In this document: positions 13,373 to 26,371 of the stretch, in pieces
Position numbering within the stretch: position 1 is the stretch's first letter
How the letters are laid out: each line of letters begins with the position of its first letter
Assembly (NCBI GenBank): GCA_050331735.1
Contig: JBHJGN010000020.1
Span: forward strand, 46,683 to 110,682
Reading direction: 5' to 3'
Origin: Cyanophyceae cyanobacterium
GTDB lineage: Bacteria > Cyanobacteriota > Cyanobacteriia > Cyanobacteriales > JBHJGN01
Length of the DNA: 64,000 bases
Made by a program: the position numbers and the translations under genes
Notes under the pieces: generated by a model
What the model saw: the letters and a program-made list of their open reading frames with translations, nothing else
Database searches by the model: none
Told to the model about the DNA's origin: nothing

Positions 13373-13507
13373 AATCTAAGGAGGAAGGGAATTGATTCAA
13401 GTTGGTCAAGGCTGGTCAGTCTCTCCTCCGCGGTTAAAGATGAATAAAATCCAAAACTCCGGGAAGAGCAGAAACACAGGCTCTCTCTTCCTCCTCGTCA
13501 AGCCTCT

Positions 13508-14857
13508 TCATGGTGCACGTCTTTCCCGTTCTTGTTGTTGCATTAATTTGTGGGCAATTTCGTACCATGCTTCTCTGAACTGCTGATGGTCTGCCGTATT
13601 GGTTAATTTTACGCCCGCAAGTTCTGGATACTGAGCGTAAAACTGGTCGTCAACTCGCTGGTAAAAAGCTCCTTGATTAATATTCAAAGCCCGAAGACGC
13701 TGAGAAAGCTGCTGTTGCAGAGTTTCTTCTGTCTGATTTGGAGCAGGGCGATGAAAAGATGAATTCAAGACTCGCACTCCAGCAAAAGCTACTAGTGCAG
13801 GCAGAATAACAATACTGCTGCGGACAAACGTTCTTTTGAGAGCTTCTAGAACTTGAGGTTGATAGCGAGACAGGTCGAGTCGCGGTAGGCGAGGCTTAGG
13901 CAAGCTGAACTGTGGCCATTTGAGTGCCGAAGGCTCTGGTTGATGACCTTGAGTGGGAGCACTGAGGCGATCGCCTGGGGCCACGACTAAAGTGCGAAAT
14001 CCCGACAGCAGCCGACTCGCCAGAGGAAATTCCTGTCGTTCTAAAATTTGTCGAACCTGTTGAGCGGATTGATAGCGATCGCTCGGCTGGGACGCTAGCA
14101 TACGCTCTAATACTTTGGCTAAACCACTGCTGATTTCTACCTCTCGCCACTGCCAAGCCTGCCAATCGCGATCGTACAGTTCGTGGGGGTGTTTCCCGGT
14201 GAGCAACACCAGCACCGTCACGGCTAAGGCATAGAGATCGCTATGGGGAAACGCTTGACCGTGGAGCATTTGTTCTTCTGGGGCATACCCCTGTTTACCA
14301 ACCAGCGTGACCGTTTTGGCTCCCGTGACGGCGTTAGCGGCAATTTTGACGCAGCCAAAGTCAATCAGGACTGGCTTACGGTCAGACTGCCTCTGAATTA
14401 AGTTATCTGGAGAAATATCGCGGTGAATCACGTCAAGAGCGTGAATGTATTCTAATACGGGCAGCAGATCGAGCAGCAGTTGAGTGACTTCCGTCTCGTT
14501 AAAGAGCTTGCCTTGTCGCAATTGTTGCCAATAGCTTTGTCCTTCAATGTATTCCTGAACTAAAAATAGAGCGTCTTTGCTCTGTAGCCGCAGCCGCAGT
14601 AGCTGGCGAGAACGGGGAATTTGCTCGTGTCTTAGCTCTTTGAGAATCCCGGCTTCTCGCTTGAGTAACTCTTCTGCTTTCTTAAGTTGAGAACTTTCTA
14701 CCTGGGGAGCGAATTCTTTGAGAACGCACTTTTCTCGGCACTGAAGATCCTGGGCTAAATAGGTGCGCCCAAATCCACCGCCGCCCAGTTGAGCCAGAAT
14801 TTGATAGCGGTCGTCAAGAATTGAACCAGTCTCAAGAGAAAATCCGTGTTGTGGCAT
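13508..14857 (-). CDS. Hanks-type Ser/Thr protein kinase with C-terminal TM segment
   Basis: GGGGFG, VLKE, HRDISPDN, DFG, APE; hydrophobic IVILPALVAFAGV. Confidence 0.93.
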   Translation of the reverse strand: MPQHGFSLETGSILDDRYQILAQLGGGGFGRTYLAQDLQCREKCVLKEFAPQVESSQLKKAEELLKREAGILKELRHEQIPRSRQLLRLRLQSKDALFLVQEYIEGQSYWQQLRQGKLFNETEVTQLLLDLLPVLEYIHALDVIHRDISPDNLIQRQSDRKPVLIDFGCVKIAANAVTGAKTVTLVGKQGYAPEEQMLHGQAFPHSDLYALAVTVLVLLTGKHPHELYDRDWQAWQWREVEISSGLAKVLERMLASQPSDRYQSAQQVRQILERQEFPLASRLLSGFRTLVVAPGDRLSAPTQGHQPEPSALKWPQFSLPKPRLPRLDLSRYQPQVLEALKRTFVRSSIVILPALVAFAGVRVLNSSFHRPAPNQTEETLQQQLSQRLRALNINQGAFYQRVDDQFYAQYPELAGVKLTNTADHQQFREAWYEIAHKLMQQQERERRAP

Positions 14858-15037
14858 AGCAAGCAAGAGGGACTGGAAAACTAAGCCTATTTTATCAAAC
14901 CCCGGATTTGGCGCTCATCGATCAAGCCTGCGACGGGAGCCAGGGAGGAATCGTTTCAATAGCGAACAGGACATCATGAGCAGTGACCCGTTTTTGGTTT
15001 GGCACAGCCGGTTCAGTGCTCATTGTTTTTCAAGAAA

Positions 15038-16134
15038 CTACAAATCTTCTCGGCCTTCAGTCAGTTCCTCTAGGGACTGATTTTCGTATTCCTGGAGAGA
15101 TTGATGTCGCTGCCGGCGGGAAAGACGTCGATATTTTTTGGTGGCTAGCTTGGGTTCATACTGATGCTGACCAGATTCTTTGACCTTAAGCTTGAGGCTT
15201 GGCTCTTCGTCGGGTCTGCTGTGTAACTCTTGCGAACGGGCGATCGCCTCTTCTAAATACTTGAGGTAATGCTCGTAGCGCTCCCAGTCGCCGCGGACAA
15301 CGCAGTTTGGTTCATCTCGATGGAGGCAATTGCTGAACTGGCAGTGGCCTTGGGCGAGTCGCTGGCGGATTTCTGGAAAGTAATCCGCCAAAGCAGATGG
15401 AGCGCATTCCAGGTCCGGTTGATTAAATCCTGGACTGTCGGCAAGCAGCCCACAGCCATGAAGTTCAAAGAGCTCAACGTGACGAGTTGTATGGCGACCG
15501 CGACCCAGCTTTCCCGATACTTGTCCGACCCGAACCGCTGCTCCTGTGGGAATTAACGCCTTGATTAGACTTGATTTCCCCACTCCACTAGGTCCGGCCA
15601 GAATCGTGATTTGCTGCTTGAGGCGCTCTCCGAGAGCCTCTAATCCTTGGCCGTTAGCAACGCTGATGAATGCCGGGGTGTATCCCCACTCGTTCAGGCG
15701 CTGCTGCCACTGACGCTGGCGTTCAGGGCTAACCAAATCGGCTTTATTCAGGCACAAACAGAGTTCGAGGGCCACAGATTCAGCCTTGACGAGGAAGCGA
15801 CTGAGCTGCCAAGCATCTAACGCCGGCTCCTCCAGGGCAAATACCAACAGAATCTGGTCGGCGTTAGCGACTGGAGGACGCATGAGCACCGTCTTTCGGG
15901 GAAAAACGTGGGCAATGGCTCCGCGTCCGTCGAGGTTTGGTTCTTCTACGAGGACGCGATCGCCAACCATAACCTTTTGCCCAACTTTTTTGAGCCGCGC
16001 ACGACGAGTACACAGGAGGAAAGCAGGAGGAACGCTGCCATAGGGCCAATTTTCTTGGGCACTCAGCGGCTCGAGGCGCACCTGATAGTAGTTAGCCTGA
16101 ATGGCGACAACGGTTCCTGGCAAGGCTGTCTCGC

Positions 16135-16138
<4 letters not shown>
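15038..16138 (-). CDS. rsgA: ribosome small subunit-dependent GTPase A
   Basis: Circularly permuted NKAD...GPSGVGKSS...GRHTT...DSPG, Zn motif CQFSNCLHRDEPNC. Confidence 0.96.
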
Positions 16139-17564
<1,426 letters not shown>

Positions 17565-17709
17565 TTAACAAAGTCTAAAGGATTCAGTAAAAAATAGTGA
17601 CGCTCCCGCTGATTACTGGTGCTCACCGAGCGGCGATCGCCATGATGAGGAAAGGAGTTGTCAATCCCTGCTTAACTAATAGTAACGGCTTGCTTTCCTT
17701 AGTGGCTGA

Positions 17710-19884
17710 TTAATCGATCATTTCGTAATCGCCAATGACTGTCTTGCCTTCATCATAATCAAATTCTGATGGCTGAGCAGCCTTAAGCACGTCTTCCGCT
17801 CGTGCTGCTTCTCCGCCGCTCTGACTGCGGGCTATGCGTTGAGCTGGCTCAACAGGTCTGTCGGAGAAATCTCCGGCAGTTTTTTGGGTCGGCGCTCGAG
17901 AGACCTGCTTAAGGCTGCTCATAATTTCTTCTTCAATCGTTTCAAACTCCTCATCAGCAATCGTTTCTAATTCTCTGGTTGGTTCGACTCCATCCACCAT
18001 CGTCTCTAACTCTTGGGTTGGTGCTGACGCCTCATCCACTACGGTTTCCAACTCTTCTACCGACGATTGGGAGTCTGCTTGATGATAGAATTCGGACCCC
18101 ACCGCTAACAAAGTGCCGCGAAAGTCTTCGAGGATCTTTTTGATGGTGTCTATTCTCATCGAAGTATTCTTCAAAGCCGCTTCTAGTCGCTCCTTCTTTT
18201 CCTGGAGCTGATGCTTCAGGTTTTGGCGAATGAGGTTGCCGTTCTCTTGTAAAGTTGACTCATAGCTGTAGAATAAGCTTTCTGCCTGATTTTGTAGTTC
18301 AACAAGCTGAATATAGCGGCGATCGCGGTCAGCGTATTGTTCGGCTTCTCGGCGCATCTGCTCGATTTCCTCGGCGCTGAGACCTCCGGTATTGACAATC
18401 TCGATACTTTGTTCGCGTCCTGTGCCTTTATCCTGCGCGGAGACTTTGAGAATCCCGTTAACGTCGATATCAAACGTGACTTCAACTTGGGGAACGCCTC
18501 GCGGTGCCGGCGGAATTCCGGTCAGAATGAATTTTCCGAGGCTTTTGTTATCTTTGGCCATGGCTCGCTCTCCCTGGAGAGCATGAATTTCAACCGAGGT
18601 TTGCCCATCAACGGCTGTCGAGAAAATTTGCGATTTGCTGGTGGGAATTGTGGTGTTGCGCTCAATCAACTTGGTAAAAACTTCTCCCAAGGTTTCGATC
18701 CCCAGAGAGAGAGGCGCAACATCGAGAAGCAGCACGTCTTCGACTTCGCCACCGAGGACTCCCGCCTGAATCGCGGCTCCCATCGCCACCGCTTCATCCG
18801 GGTTAATCGAGCGCTCTAGCTGCTTTTCAGCGAAAAACCGTTCGAGCAGCTTCTGAACAGCCGGAATGCGAGTAGAACCACCGACTAAGATGATGCGATC
18901 GATTTGCTCGGGGGTGAGTTCGCAGTCTTTAAGAGCCTGTTTAACGGACTCGATGGTTTTTCCGATCCGCTCACCAACGAGTTCTTCAAACTTGGCCCGC
19001 GTCAAGCTGACCTCTAAATGTTTTGGCCCCGTTTCATCCGCCGTCACGAAGGGAAGATTAATCGAAGTGGTTAACGTGCTAGACAGCTCGATTTTGGCTT
19101 TTTCCGCTGCTTCGCGCAGCCGCTGAATGGCCATCTTGTCTGTACTGAGGTCAATGCCTTCTTGAGCTTTAAAATCGGCTATCAGCCAGCGGACAATAGC
19201 GTTATCAAAGTCATCTCCTCCCAAATGATTGTTGCCAGCCGTGGCTTTGACTTCAAAGACGCTGTTGCCCAACTGAAGAATCGAGACGTCGAACGTCCCG
19301 CCACCCAAATCGAAGACCAGAACAAACTGATCGCGGTCTTGCTTATCCAACCCGTAGGCGAGCGCTGCCGCGGTGGGCTCGTTGACGATGCGGAGAACGT
19401 CTAAACCGGCAATGATTCCAGCATCCTTGGTAGCCTGTCGCTGCGCATCGGTAAAGTAAGCTGGGACGGTGATGACGGCTTCGCGCACCGTTTCTCCCAA
19501 GAATTTTTCAGCGTCAGCCTTGAGCTTCTGCAACACCATCGCCGATACTTCTTGGGGCGTGAACTGCTGGTCGCGGATCTGAACATCTACCGTATCGTCG
19601 CGGCCTTTAATACACTGGTAAGGCACTCGCGAGCGCTCGTCGGCGGTATCGTGCCACCGACGACCAATAAAGCGCTTGATGCTATAGACCGTATTTTCGG
19701 CGTTAGTGACAGCTTGACGCTTAGCAAGCTGACCGACGAGGCGCTGGTTATTTTTACTGAAGCCAACAATACTTGGAGTCGTTCGCTCCCCTTCTTGATT
19801 GGGAACGATGAGGGGTTTACCTCCTTCTAGGAGGGCAACGCAACTATTGGTTGTTCCTAAGTCAATACCGATGACTTTTCCCAT
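17710..19884 (-). CDS. dnaK: chaperone DnaK (grpE-linked DnaK1-type paralogue) with long acidic tail
   Basis: [25 protein letters not shown]; between grpE and dnaJ. Confidence 0.97.
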   Translation of the reverse strand: MGKVIGIDLGTTNSCVALLEGGKPLIVPNQEGERTTPSIVGFSKNNQRLVGQLAKRQAVTNAENTVYSIKRFIGRRWHDTADERSRVPYQCIKGRDDTVDVQIRDQQFTPQEVSAMVLQKLKADAEKFLGETVREAVITVPAYFTDAQRQATKDAGIIAGLDVLRIVNEPTAAALAYGLDKQDRDQFVLVFDLGGGTFDVSILQLGNSVFEVKATAGNNHLGGDDFDNAIVRWLIADFKAQEGIDLSTDKMAIQRLREAAEKAKIELSSTLTTSINLPFVTADETGPKHLEVSLTRAKFEELVGERIGKTIESVKQALKDCELTPEQIDRIILVGGSTRIPAVQKLLERFFAEKQLERSINPDEAVAMGAAIQAGVLGGEVEDVLLLDVAPLSLGIETLGEVFTKLIERNTTIPTSKSQIFSTAVDGQTSVEIHALQGERAMAKDNKSLGKFILTGIPPAPRGVPQVEVTFDIDVNGILKVSAQDKGTGREQSIEIVNTGGLSAEEIEQMRREAEQYADRDRRYIQLVELQNQAESLFYSYESTLQENGNLIRQNLKHQLQEKKERLEAALKNTSMRIDTIKKILEDFRGTLLAVGSEFYHQADSQSSVEELETVVDEASAPTQELETMVDGVEPTRELETIADEEFETIEEEIMSSLKQVSRAPTQKTAGDFSDRPVEPAQRIARSQSGGEAARAEDVLKAAQPSEFDYDEGKTVIGDYEMID

Positions 19885-20041
19885 AACGTGACAGAAAATA
19901 AGAGTTGGCTTGGCAATCGTAGGCCAGAGAAGTTGCTCGCCATCATAGCCTGATTTGGCTTCAACTTCTCCGGTGAAATTGCGGAAAAATTGCTCTCTTA
20001 TTCTGTAAGAACAGCACCAGTAAAGCTGTCGGCCTCTTTAT

Positions 20042-20773
20042 TTATTCTGCTACAGTGCTAGAATCTGCTTCTGGCTCTGCTGACGCTGGGGCTCCGCCGA
20101 CAGACACTTTCACTCTGGCATGGCGCAGCACCTGATCGCCTAGCATATAGCCTCGCACTAGCTGCTCGATAACCGTTCCATCCGGATACTCTTCGGTCGG
20201 TTCTTGCAGGAGGGCTTCGTGATAATTCGGATCGAAAGGCTGTCCTTCTGGACGCATCGCTGACACCCCGATCCGCTTGAGGCTATCAACAAAGTTTTTG
20301 TAGACTCCTTGATAGCTTTTATGAATGGCTAGTTCTCCATCATTGGCGGGCTTAATCTGAGCGCGGGCACGTTCGAAGTTGTCAACAACCGCCAACAATT
20401 CGCCGATAGTGGTCCGCTTCGTCTGCTGAACCAGATTTTCCTTGTCCCTCTCTGAGCGCTTGCGAAAGTTGTCAAAATCTGCGGCAATTCGCACATATTG
20501 AGCTTTAAAAGCATCCGTTTTTTTTGTCTGCTCTTCAAGCTCCTGTTTGAGAGCTGCCGCTTCAGCCTGCAAAGTGCCAATCGTCTCTTCTAGACGCTGA
20601 CCGACATCAGCAGAATCTGTTTCTGCTTCGGTTGACACTTCAGCGGGAGTCTCTGAATCTGTGCTGAAGTCTTGCGGGAAAGCCCCTTGATTTTCCTCAA
20701 GGGGGTCTGCTGCGGGGGGTGAGGAATCAAAATTTTCTGAAGTATTCTCTGGCTGCTTTGGGTTATCGATCAT
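20042..20773 (-). CDS. grpE: nucleotide exchange factor GrpE
   Basis: [33 protein letters not shown]. Confidence 0.97.
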   Translation of the reverse strand: MIDNPKQPENTSENFDSSPPAADPLEENQGAFPQDFSTDSETPAEVSTEAETDSADVGQRLEETIGTLQAEAAALKQELEEQTKKTDAFKAQYVRIAADFDNFRKRSERDKENLVQQTKRTTIGELLAVVDNFERARAQIKPANDGELAIHKSYQGVYKNFVDSLKRIGVSAMRPEGQPFDPNYHEALLQEPTEEYPDGTVIEQLVRGYMLGDQVLRHARVKVSVGGAPASAEPEADSSTVAE

Positions 20774-21187
20774 AGGATTTTTATCGGTAAGAAAATAACC
20801 TCTCTTTTGCGCTACGGTTGCTCTACGATGCCACCTTCGTTCGTTTGTGAAAGTGAAGGAATAATTTCAACTATTCTAGGCTACCTGTAACTAAAATGTA
20901 ACATTTTCCAAGGGGGATGAGCAGTTCGCCATCAGGTCAGCCCCAAAGCAGTGACCCAGACAAGAAAGCCGAAATGGGTCAATCGCTTTAAACACTCTTG
21001 CTGATTGCAGACGGACTTGAAACCGCAGCAGGAAACAGGGGGTTGAGAGGCGAATTTGGGCTAAACCCCCAGTCGCTGGGCATGCGATCGCCCATTGTGG
21101 CAAGCGCTCAGCAAAATATGAGTGAAAAAGCAATTTTCAGAGAATTTTGGGAACACTAAGCAAGATCTAGAAAATATTCTAATTTAG

Positions 21188-23197
21188 ATGAATAATTCTA
21201 CATTTAAGAGAACTAAAGCAGTTGCTCTCCGAAATAATTATTCTCCCTTTGGCAATAAGCTCATTGAGGCAGGCTACGCAGACACAGAACAGGTCAAGCT
21301 TGCCCTCGCCCAAAGCCGTAAAACCGGTTGTGCCCTCACAGACGCTCTCAAATCTGTTACTGGGCGCGATCTTCCCCTCCAGCTTCAGCGCCAATATAAA
21401 AAACATCAGCTCTTTGAACTTAAGATTCTTTACGGAATTGATTCTTTAGATCCGGAAATTCGCCCCGTTACCGACAGTCAAATTGTTGAGCTGATTGATC
21501 GTCATATTCCCATTGATATCTGTCGTCATTACAAGCTGCTACCCCTCAGCCAGCAAGAGCACCCTCCTGCGGTGCTCGTTGCTATGGTCGATCCGGAAAA
21601 CCTAGAAGCGATCGACGACCTCAATCGGATTTTACGTCCCAAAAATCTGGGGCTCCAGCGCATGGTGATTGCTCCCGATGATTACGCCAAACTGCTGGAG
21701 CAGTACTATGCCGAAGTGTCTAAAAGAGACCAAGAGCGGGAGCGGCAAGAAAAAGAGAAAGAGCTAGATCAGCTCGGCGATGTTTCTGGGATTGTTGAAA
21801 ATTTAGATCTCAGTTTGGTAGAAGAGGACGGAGCCGATGACCTCAGCGCTGCCAACGATGCTCAAGAAGCCCCCATCATTAATCTGGTGAATAAGATTTT
21901 GGTGAAAGCTCTGGGCGAAGGGGTCTCGGATATTCATGTCGAACCTCAAGAAGAAGGGTTGCGAGTCCGCTACCGCAAAGACGGTGTGCTCACTCAGGTC
22001 TTCTCTCTGCCCAAGCAGATTACAGCAGCGGTGGTCGCCCGGTTCAAAATCATGTCGGAATTAGACATTGCCGAGCGGCGACTGCCTCAAGACGGCAAGA
22101 TTAGGCGAATGTTCCAGGGGCGTAAAGTCGATTTCCGCGTCAGCACGTTGCCCAGTCGCTACGGAGAGAAGGTCGTGCTGCGGATTTTAGATAACTCTGC
22201 TACTCAGTTGGGGTTAGATAAGCTAATTACCGACCAGCGTACTCTCGAAATCGTCAGAGAAATGGCGAGTCGTCCGTTTGGGTTACTGTTGGTTACAGGA
22301 CCAACGGGTTCGGGTAAATCAACGACGCTGTACTCGGTGCTGGCAGAACGGAACGACCCTGGCATCAATATTAGTACCGCCGAAGACCCGATTGAGTATT
22401 CCTTACCAGGAATCACTCAGGTCCAGGTGATTCGAGAAAAAGGAATGGATTTCGCCTCGATTTTGCGGGCTTTCCTCCGACAAGATCCGGACGTGATCCT
22501 GGTTGGTGAGACACGAGACAAAGAAACCGCTAAAACCGCGATTGAGGCAGCGCTCACCGGACACCTGGTGTTAACGACTCTGCATACTAACGATGCTGCC
22601 GGAGCGATCGCTCGCCTTGATGAGATGGGGGTCGAGCCGTTTATGATTTCGGGGGCGCTGGTGGGAGTGCTGGCGCAGCGTTTGATGCGTCGAGTCTGTA
22701 GCGAATGTCGCATTGCCTATCATCCCAGTCAAGCCGAACTGTCTCGGTTCGGATTATCAGCAGCCAACGAAGAGCAAATTACGCTCTATCGAGCGAACAT
22801 CCTCACCACTGAAGAGATTCAAGCCGCTAGAGAATCTGAAACTTTGTGCCCTAAATGTAGCGGGGTTGGGTACAAAGGGCGAGTGGGCGTTTATGAAGTG
22901 ATGCAGAATAGCGATCGCATTCAGACTCTGATCAACGAGGGAGCCACCACTGACCGCATCAAAGAAGCAGCGGTTGATGAGGGCATGAGTACGCTGCTGG
23001 CCTATAGCCTCAATTTGGTTCACGAGGGCTACACCACTTTAGAAGAGGTCGAACGAGTTACCTTTACAGATTCTGGACTTGAAGCCGAATTAAAGGCCAA
23101 ACGCAAAAATTCGCTGACCTGCGATACGTGTCAAGCAGAACTCCAGCCGGAGTGGTTAGATTGCCCCTACTGTATGACACCGCGCTTTTCGGACTAA
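21188..23197 (+). CDS. pilB: type IV pilus assembly ATPase PilB with C-terminal CxxC...CxxC extension
   Basis: GPTGSGKST, EDPIEY, LRQDPD, HLVLTTLHTN; C-terminal CDTC...CPYC. Confidence 0.96.
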   Translation: MNNSTFKRTKAVALRNNYSPFGNKLIEAGYADTEQVKLALAQSRKTGCALTDALKSVTGRDLPLQLQRQYKKHQLFELKILYGIDSLDPEIRPVTDSQIVELIDRHIPIDICRHYKLLPLSQQEHPPAVLVAMVDPENLEAIDDLNRILRPKNLGLQRMVIAPDDYAKLLEQYYAEVSKRDQERERQEKEKELDQLGDVSGIVENLDLSLVEEDGADDLSAANDAQEAPIINLVNKILVKALGEGVSDIHVEPQEEGLRVRYRKDGVLTQVFSLPKQITAAVVARFKIMSELDIAERRLPQDGKIRRMFQGRKVDFRVSTLPSRYGEKVVLRILDNSATQLGLDKLITDQRTLEIVREMASRPFGLLLVTGPTGSGKSTTLYSVLAERNDPGINISTAEDPIEYSLPGITQVQVIREKGMDFASILRAFLRQDPDVILVGETRDKETAKTAIEAALTGHLVLTTLHTNDAAGAIARLDEMGVEPFMISGALVGVLAQRLMRRVCSECRIAYHPSQAELSRFGLSAANEEQITLYRANILTTEEIQAARESETLCPKCSGVGYKGRVGVYEVMQNSDRIQTLINEGATTDRIKEAAVDEGMSTLLAYSLNLVHEGYTTLEEVERVTFTDSGLEAELKAKRKNSLTCDTCQAELQPEWLDCPYCMTPRFSD

Positions 23198-23207
23198 TTT
23201 AGCACTA

Positions 23208-23256
23208 GTCGCTCCGCGACGGAAAAAGGGGAAGGGGTAAAGGGGAAAGGGAAAAC
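23208..23256 (+). repeat. hairpin + G-run small dispersed repeat
   Basis: GTCGCTCCGCGAC followed by GGAAAAAGGGGAAGGGGTAAAGGGGAAAGGG. Confidence 0.8.
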
Positions 23257-23287
23257 ACTGACACCGAATAGTAAAGAGGAGACAATA

Positions 23288-24385
23288 ATGGATTTAATGA
23301 TTGAAGACTTGATGGAGCAGCTTGTGGAGATGGGCGGCTCTGATATGCACATTCAGGCGGGAGCCCCCATTTTCTTTCGCATTAGCGGCAAACTGAGTCC
23401 AATTAACGAAGACCCGCTCACTCCCCAGGAAAGCCAAAAGCTGATTTTTGGGATGCTGAATAATTCCCAGCGCAAAGAATTAGAACAAACTTGGGAGTTA
23501 GACTGCTCCTACGGGGTCAAAGGACTGGCTCGTTTTCGAGTCAACGTTTACAAAGAGCGGGGCTGCTATGCCGCCTGCCTGAGAGCTTTGTCGTCTAAAA
23601 TTCCGAATTTCGATCAGCTTGGCTTACCCAACGTCGTTCGGGAGATGACCGAGCGACCGCGGGGCATGGTGCTGGTGACGGGACAAACCGGGTCGGGAAA
23701 AACCACCACCCTAGCAGCGATGCTGGACTTAATTAACCGTACGCGCTCGGAGCACATTATTACCGTAGAAGACCCGATTGAATACGTATTTCCTAACCAC
23801 AAAAGCCTGTTTCATCAGCGGCAAAAGGGCGAAGACACTAAAAGTTTTGCTAATGCTCTTAAATCTGCGCTACGAGAAGACCCAGATATTATTTTGGTAG
23901 GAGAGATGCGGGATTTGGAAACAATTTCGCTGGCCATTTCCGCCGCAGAAACCGGACACCTGGTGTTTGGCACTCTCCATACGAACTCGGCAGCCAATAC
24001 GGTAGACCGCATTATTGATGTCTTTCCCGCCGCTCAACAGCCGCAGATTCGCGCTATGCTGTCTAATTCTCTCTTGGCGGTATTTAGCCAGTGCTTGGTG
24101 AAAAAGAAAAACCCTAAACCCGGAGAATTCGGACGGGCGATGGCTCAAGAAATTATGATAGTCACGCCAGCGATCGCCAATTTAATCCGAGAAGGTAAAG
24201 CCGCTCAAGTCTATTCTGCCATTCAAACCGGAGCAAAACTGGGCATGCAGACGATGGAGCAGGCTTTAGCCAACTTGGTCAAAAGCGGCGTTGTGGCCTA
24301 CGAAGAGGCCATTTCTAAAAGTGCCAGACCGGATGAACTCCAGCGGCTTGTTCAAGGAGCAACGGTCGCCAAAATTCGCTCCTAA
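23288..24385 (+). CDS. pilT: type IV pilus retraction ATPase PilT
   Basis: GQTGSGKTT, LREDPD, AIANLIRE motif, GMQTMEQ. Confidence 0.97.
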   Translation: MDLMIEDLMEQLVEMGGSDMHIQAGAPIFFRISGKLSPINEDPLTPQESQKLIFGMLNNSQRKELEQTWELDCSYGVKGLARFRVNVYKERGCYAACLRALSSKIPNFDQLGLPNVVREMTERPRGMVLVTGQTGSGKTTTLAAMLDLINRTRSEHIITVEDPIEYVFPNHKSLFHQRQKGEDTKSFANALKSALREDPDIILVGEMRDLETISLAISAAETGHLVFGTLHTNSAANTVDRIIDVFPAAQQPQIRAMLSNSLLAVFSQCLVKKKNPKPGEFGRAMAQEIMIVTPAIANLIREGKAAQVYSAIQTGAKLGMQTMEQALANLVKSGVVAYEEAISKSARPDELQRLVQGATVAKIRS

Positions 24386-24417
24386 TTCAGTGGCCAGCTA
24401 TCAGTAACTAATGACCA

Positions 24418-25641
24418 ATGACTACTTACGTTGTTAAAGTTAAAAACGCTTCTGGGAAAACGTTGACGGAGAAGGTTGAGGCGGCTTCTCCCCAGGAGGC
24501 TCGCGGGATACTAAGGACGCGGTATCCGGCGGTGGGCAAGGCAAAACCAGCCGCTTTTTGGGAAGGGGATTTGTCCGATATTAAAATCCTCAGCTTTCTC
24601 AATAGCGTTACCGTTAAGGATAAAGCCGTCTTCTCTCGTCAGTTTGCCGTTTTAGTCAATGCTGGAGTCGCCATTGTGCGGTCTTTGGCGGTTTTAGCTG
24701 AGCAGTGTTCCAATCCCAAGTTAAAGAAAGCACTCCTGGCCACCAGTAGCGATATTCAGCAAGGAGTGAGCTTATCTGAAGCATTTGCTAAACATCCAGA
24801 CTGTTTCGATCAGCTTTACGTGAGTATGGTGGAGGCCGGAGAGACGGGCGGCGTATTAGATGAAGTGCTCAACCGCCTCGCTAGGCTGCTAGAGGATATG
24901 GCGCGGCTAAAAAATCAGATTAAATCGGCGATGACCTATCCGGTGGCCATTGCTCTATTTACCTTTGCCGTTTTTATCGGTATGACGGTTTTTCTGGTGC
25001 CGATCTTTGCAGGGATTTTTGAAGATCTCGGCGTAGAACTTCCCGCCCTGACGCGACTCATGCTGTTTCTGAGCGGCGTACTGAGAAGTACCAAAGTAAT
25101 TATTCCCATTGTGGCGATCGCCATCAGTGCTTTTCTGCTGCGACGGTACTACAAAACTCCGGCTGGGCGAGTCCAAATCGATGGTTTAATGCTCAAACTA
25201 CCGCTTTTAGGCGATTTGAATCAAAAATCGGCAGTCGCTCGCTTTTGTCGCGTTTTTGGCTCTTTGACCCGCTCTGGCGTTCCTATTCTTAACTGTTTAG
25301 ATATTGTCGGCGATACTGTCGGTAACCAAGTGATCGCCAATGCGGTATCAGCCATTAAAGCCGAAATTCAGCAAGGAGGAGTGATTAGCATCGCGCTGCA
25401 AAAGCAAAAGGTATTTCCTGCTCTCGCGATTCAAATGATTGGCATCGGCGAAGAGACGGGAGAGCTTGATGCGATGGTGATGAAAGTGGCTGACTTCTAT
25501 GAAGATGAGGTTGAACAGACGGTTAAAGCCCTAACAAGCCTCATTGAACCGATCATGATCGTGCTGGTGGCCGTGATGGTAGGAACGATCTTGGTATCGA
25601 TGTATTTGCCGCTGCTCACCGTCTTCAATGAACTTGGGTAA
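24418..25641 (+). CDS. pilC: type IV pilus platform protein PilC (GspF family)
   Basis: Two GspF repeats (AGETGG.LD; IGEETGELD), TM helices, operon with pilB/pilT. Confidence 0.96.
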   Translation: MTTYVVKVKNASGKTLTEKVEAASPQEARGILRTRYPAVGKAKPAAFWEGDLSDIKILSFLNSVTVKDKAVFSRQFAVLVNAGVAIVRSLAVLAEQCSNPKLKKALLATSSDIQQGVSLSEAFAKHPDCFDQLYVSMVEAGETGGVLDEVLNRLARLLEDMARLKNQIKSAMTYPVAIALFTFAVFIGMTVFLVPIFAGIFEDLGVELPALTRLMLFLSGVLRSTKVIIPIVAIAISAFLLRRYYKTPAGRVQIDGLMLKLPLLGDLNQKSAVARFCRVFGSLTRSGVPILNCLDIVGDTVGNQVIANAVSAIKAEIQQGGVISIALQKQKVFPALAIQMIGIGEETGELDAMVMKVADFYEDEVEQTVKALTSLIEPIMIVLVAVMVGTILVSMYLPLLTVFNELG

Positions 25642-25746
25642 CCAATCAACAATCAACGATAAGCCGTCAATCAATCTTAGATCAACACTATTCATCGGTG
25701 ACTGATTGTTAGTCAGTGATGATGGTTGATTGATTATTTGGAAAAG

Positions 25747-26313
25747 ATGTTTGTTAAGCAATCAGACTATGAAACGCTGCTGTCAAACTATAGCAGCCGC
25801 GAGGGAGCGATCGCTCTACTGCGTCAGTATCGTCTTTACTTAGAAATGCTGCCCAGTGTGCGCCGCCCGCAGGCGAGCATTATTCCGATTCCTTTGCCGA
25901 TCGCTAAAGTGCGCTCGCCTCAGCGACAGCTAGAAAAAGCCAGCGCGTCAGATGAAGCAGTTTGTTTACCGTGTGACTTGGCAATTCTCCTGTGCGATCC
26001 GGAATGGAAAATCAAGCTGGGGGTCGAAATTCTCGTCTTTATTCATCGCCCTCAAGAAGATTTCTCCGCCCTGCTGCGCCGCTGGCGCGAAACCCAGGTT
26101 TATCTAGATCGAGAGTATCAATGGTTCATGCCTCTCCCCGAACAGCATATGTTTAGCGAAACAGCCGAAAAAATTTATCCTTTATTTGTCGTTTTTGAGG
26201 CCACCCCAGAACGAATCAAACAAGGACTCACAGGTGCAGGACTCCCTTATGTGGTACATTCCTCAGAACCAGTTGACGATCGAGAGCCCAGCGAACTTCA
26301 AACGAGAGGCTAG
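25747..26313 (+). CDS. conserved cyanobacterial hypothetical protein
   Basis: Uninterrupted ORF after pilC; ATG at 25747 preferred to TTG at 25726, which lies in heptamer repeats. Confidence 0.7.
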   Translation: MFVKQSDYETLLSNYSSREGAIALLRQYRLYLEMLPSVRRPQASIIPIPLPIAKVRSPQRQLEKASASDEAVCLPCDLAILLCDPEWKIKLGVEILVFIHRPQEDFSALLRRWRETQVYLDREYQWFMPLPEQHMFSETAEKIYPLFVVFEATPERIKQGLTGAGLPYVVHSSEPVDDREPSELQTRG

Positions 26314-26371
26314 CCTTGCTCAAGGAAGCAGTGACCGACACTCTATTAACAATCAATAGATTTCTAATTTC

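Noticed and set aside
20773..21188. CIRCE element upstream of grpE-dnaK-dnaJ
   Set aside because: No TTAGCACTC-N9-GAGTGCTAA found
23110..23197. PilB C-terminal four-Cys extension as a novelty
   Set aside because: Known feature of cyanobacterial PilB1
25641..25735. CAATCAA/TGATTG heptamer tracts (similar GGTAACT tracts near 51990-52058) as a novel element
   Set aside because: Ordinary cyanobacterial short tandem heptamer repeats
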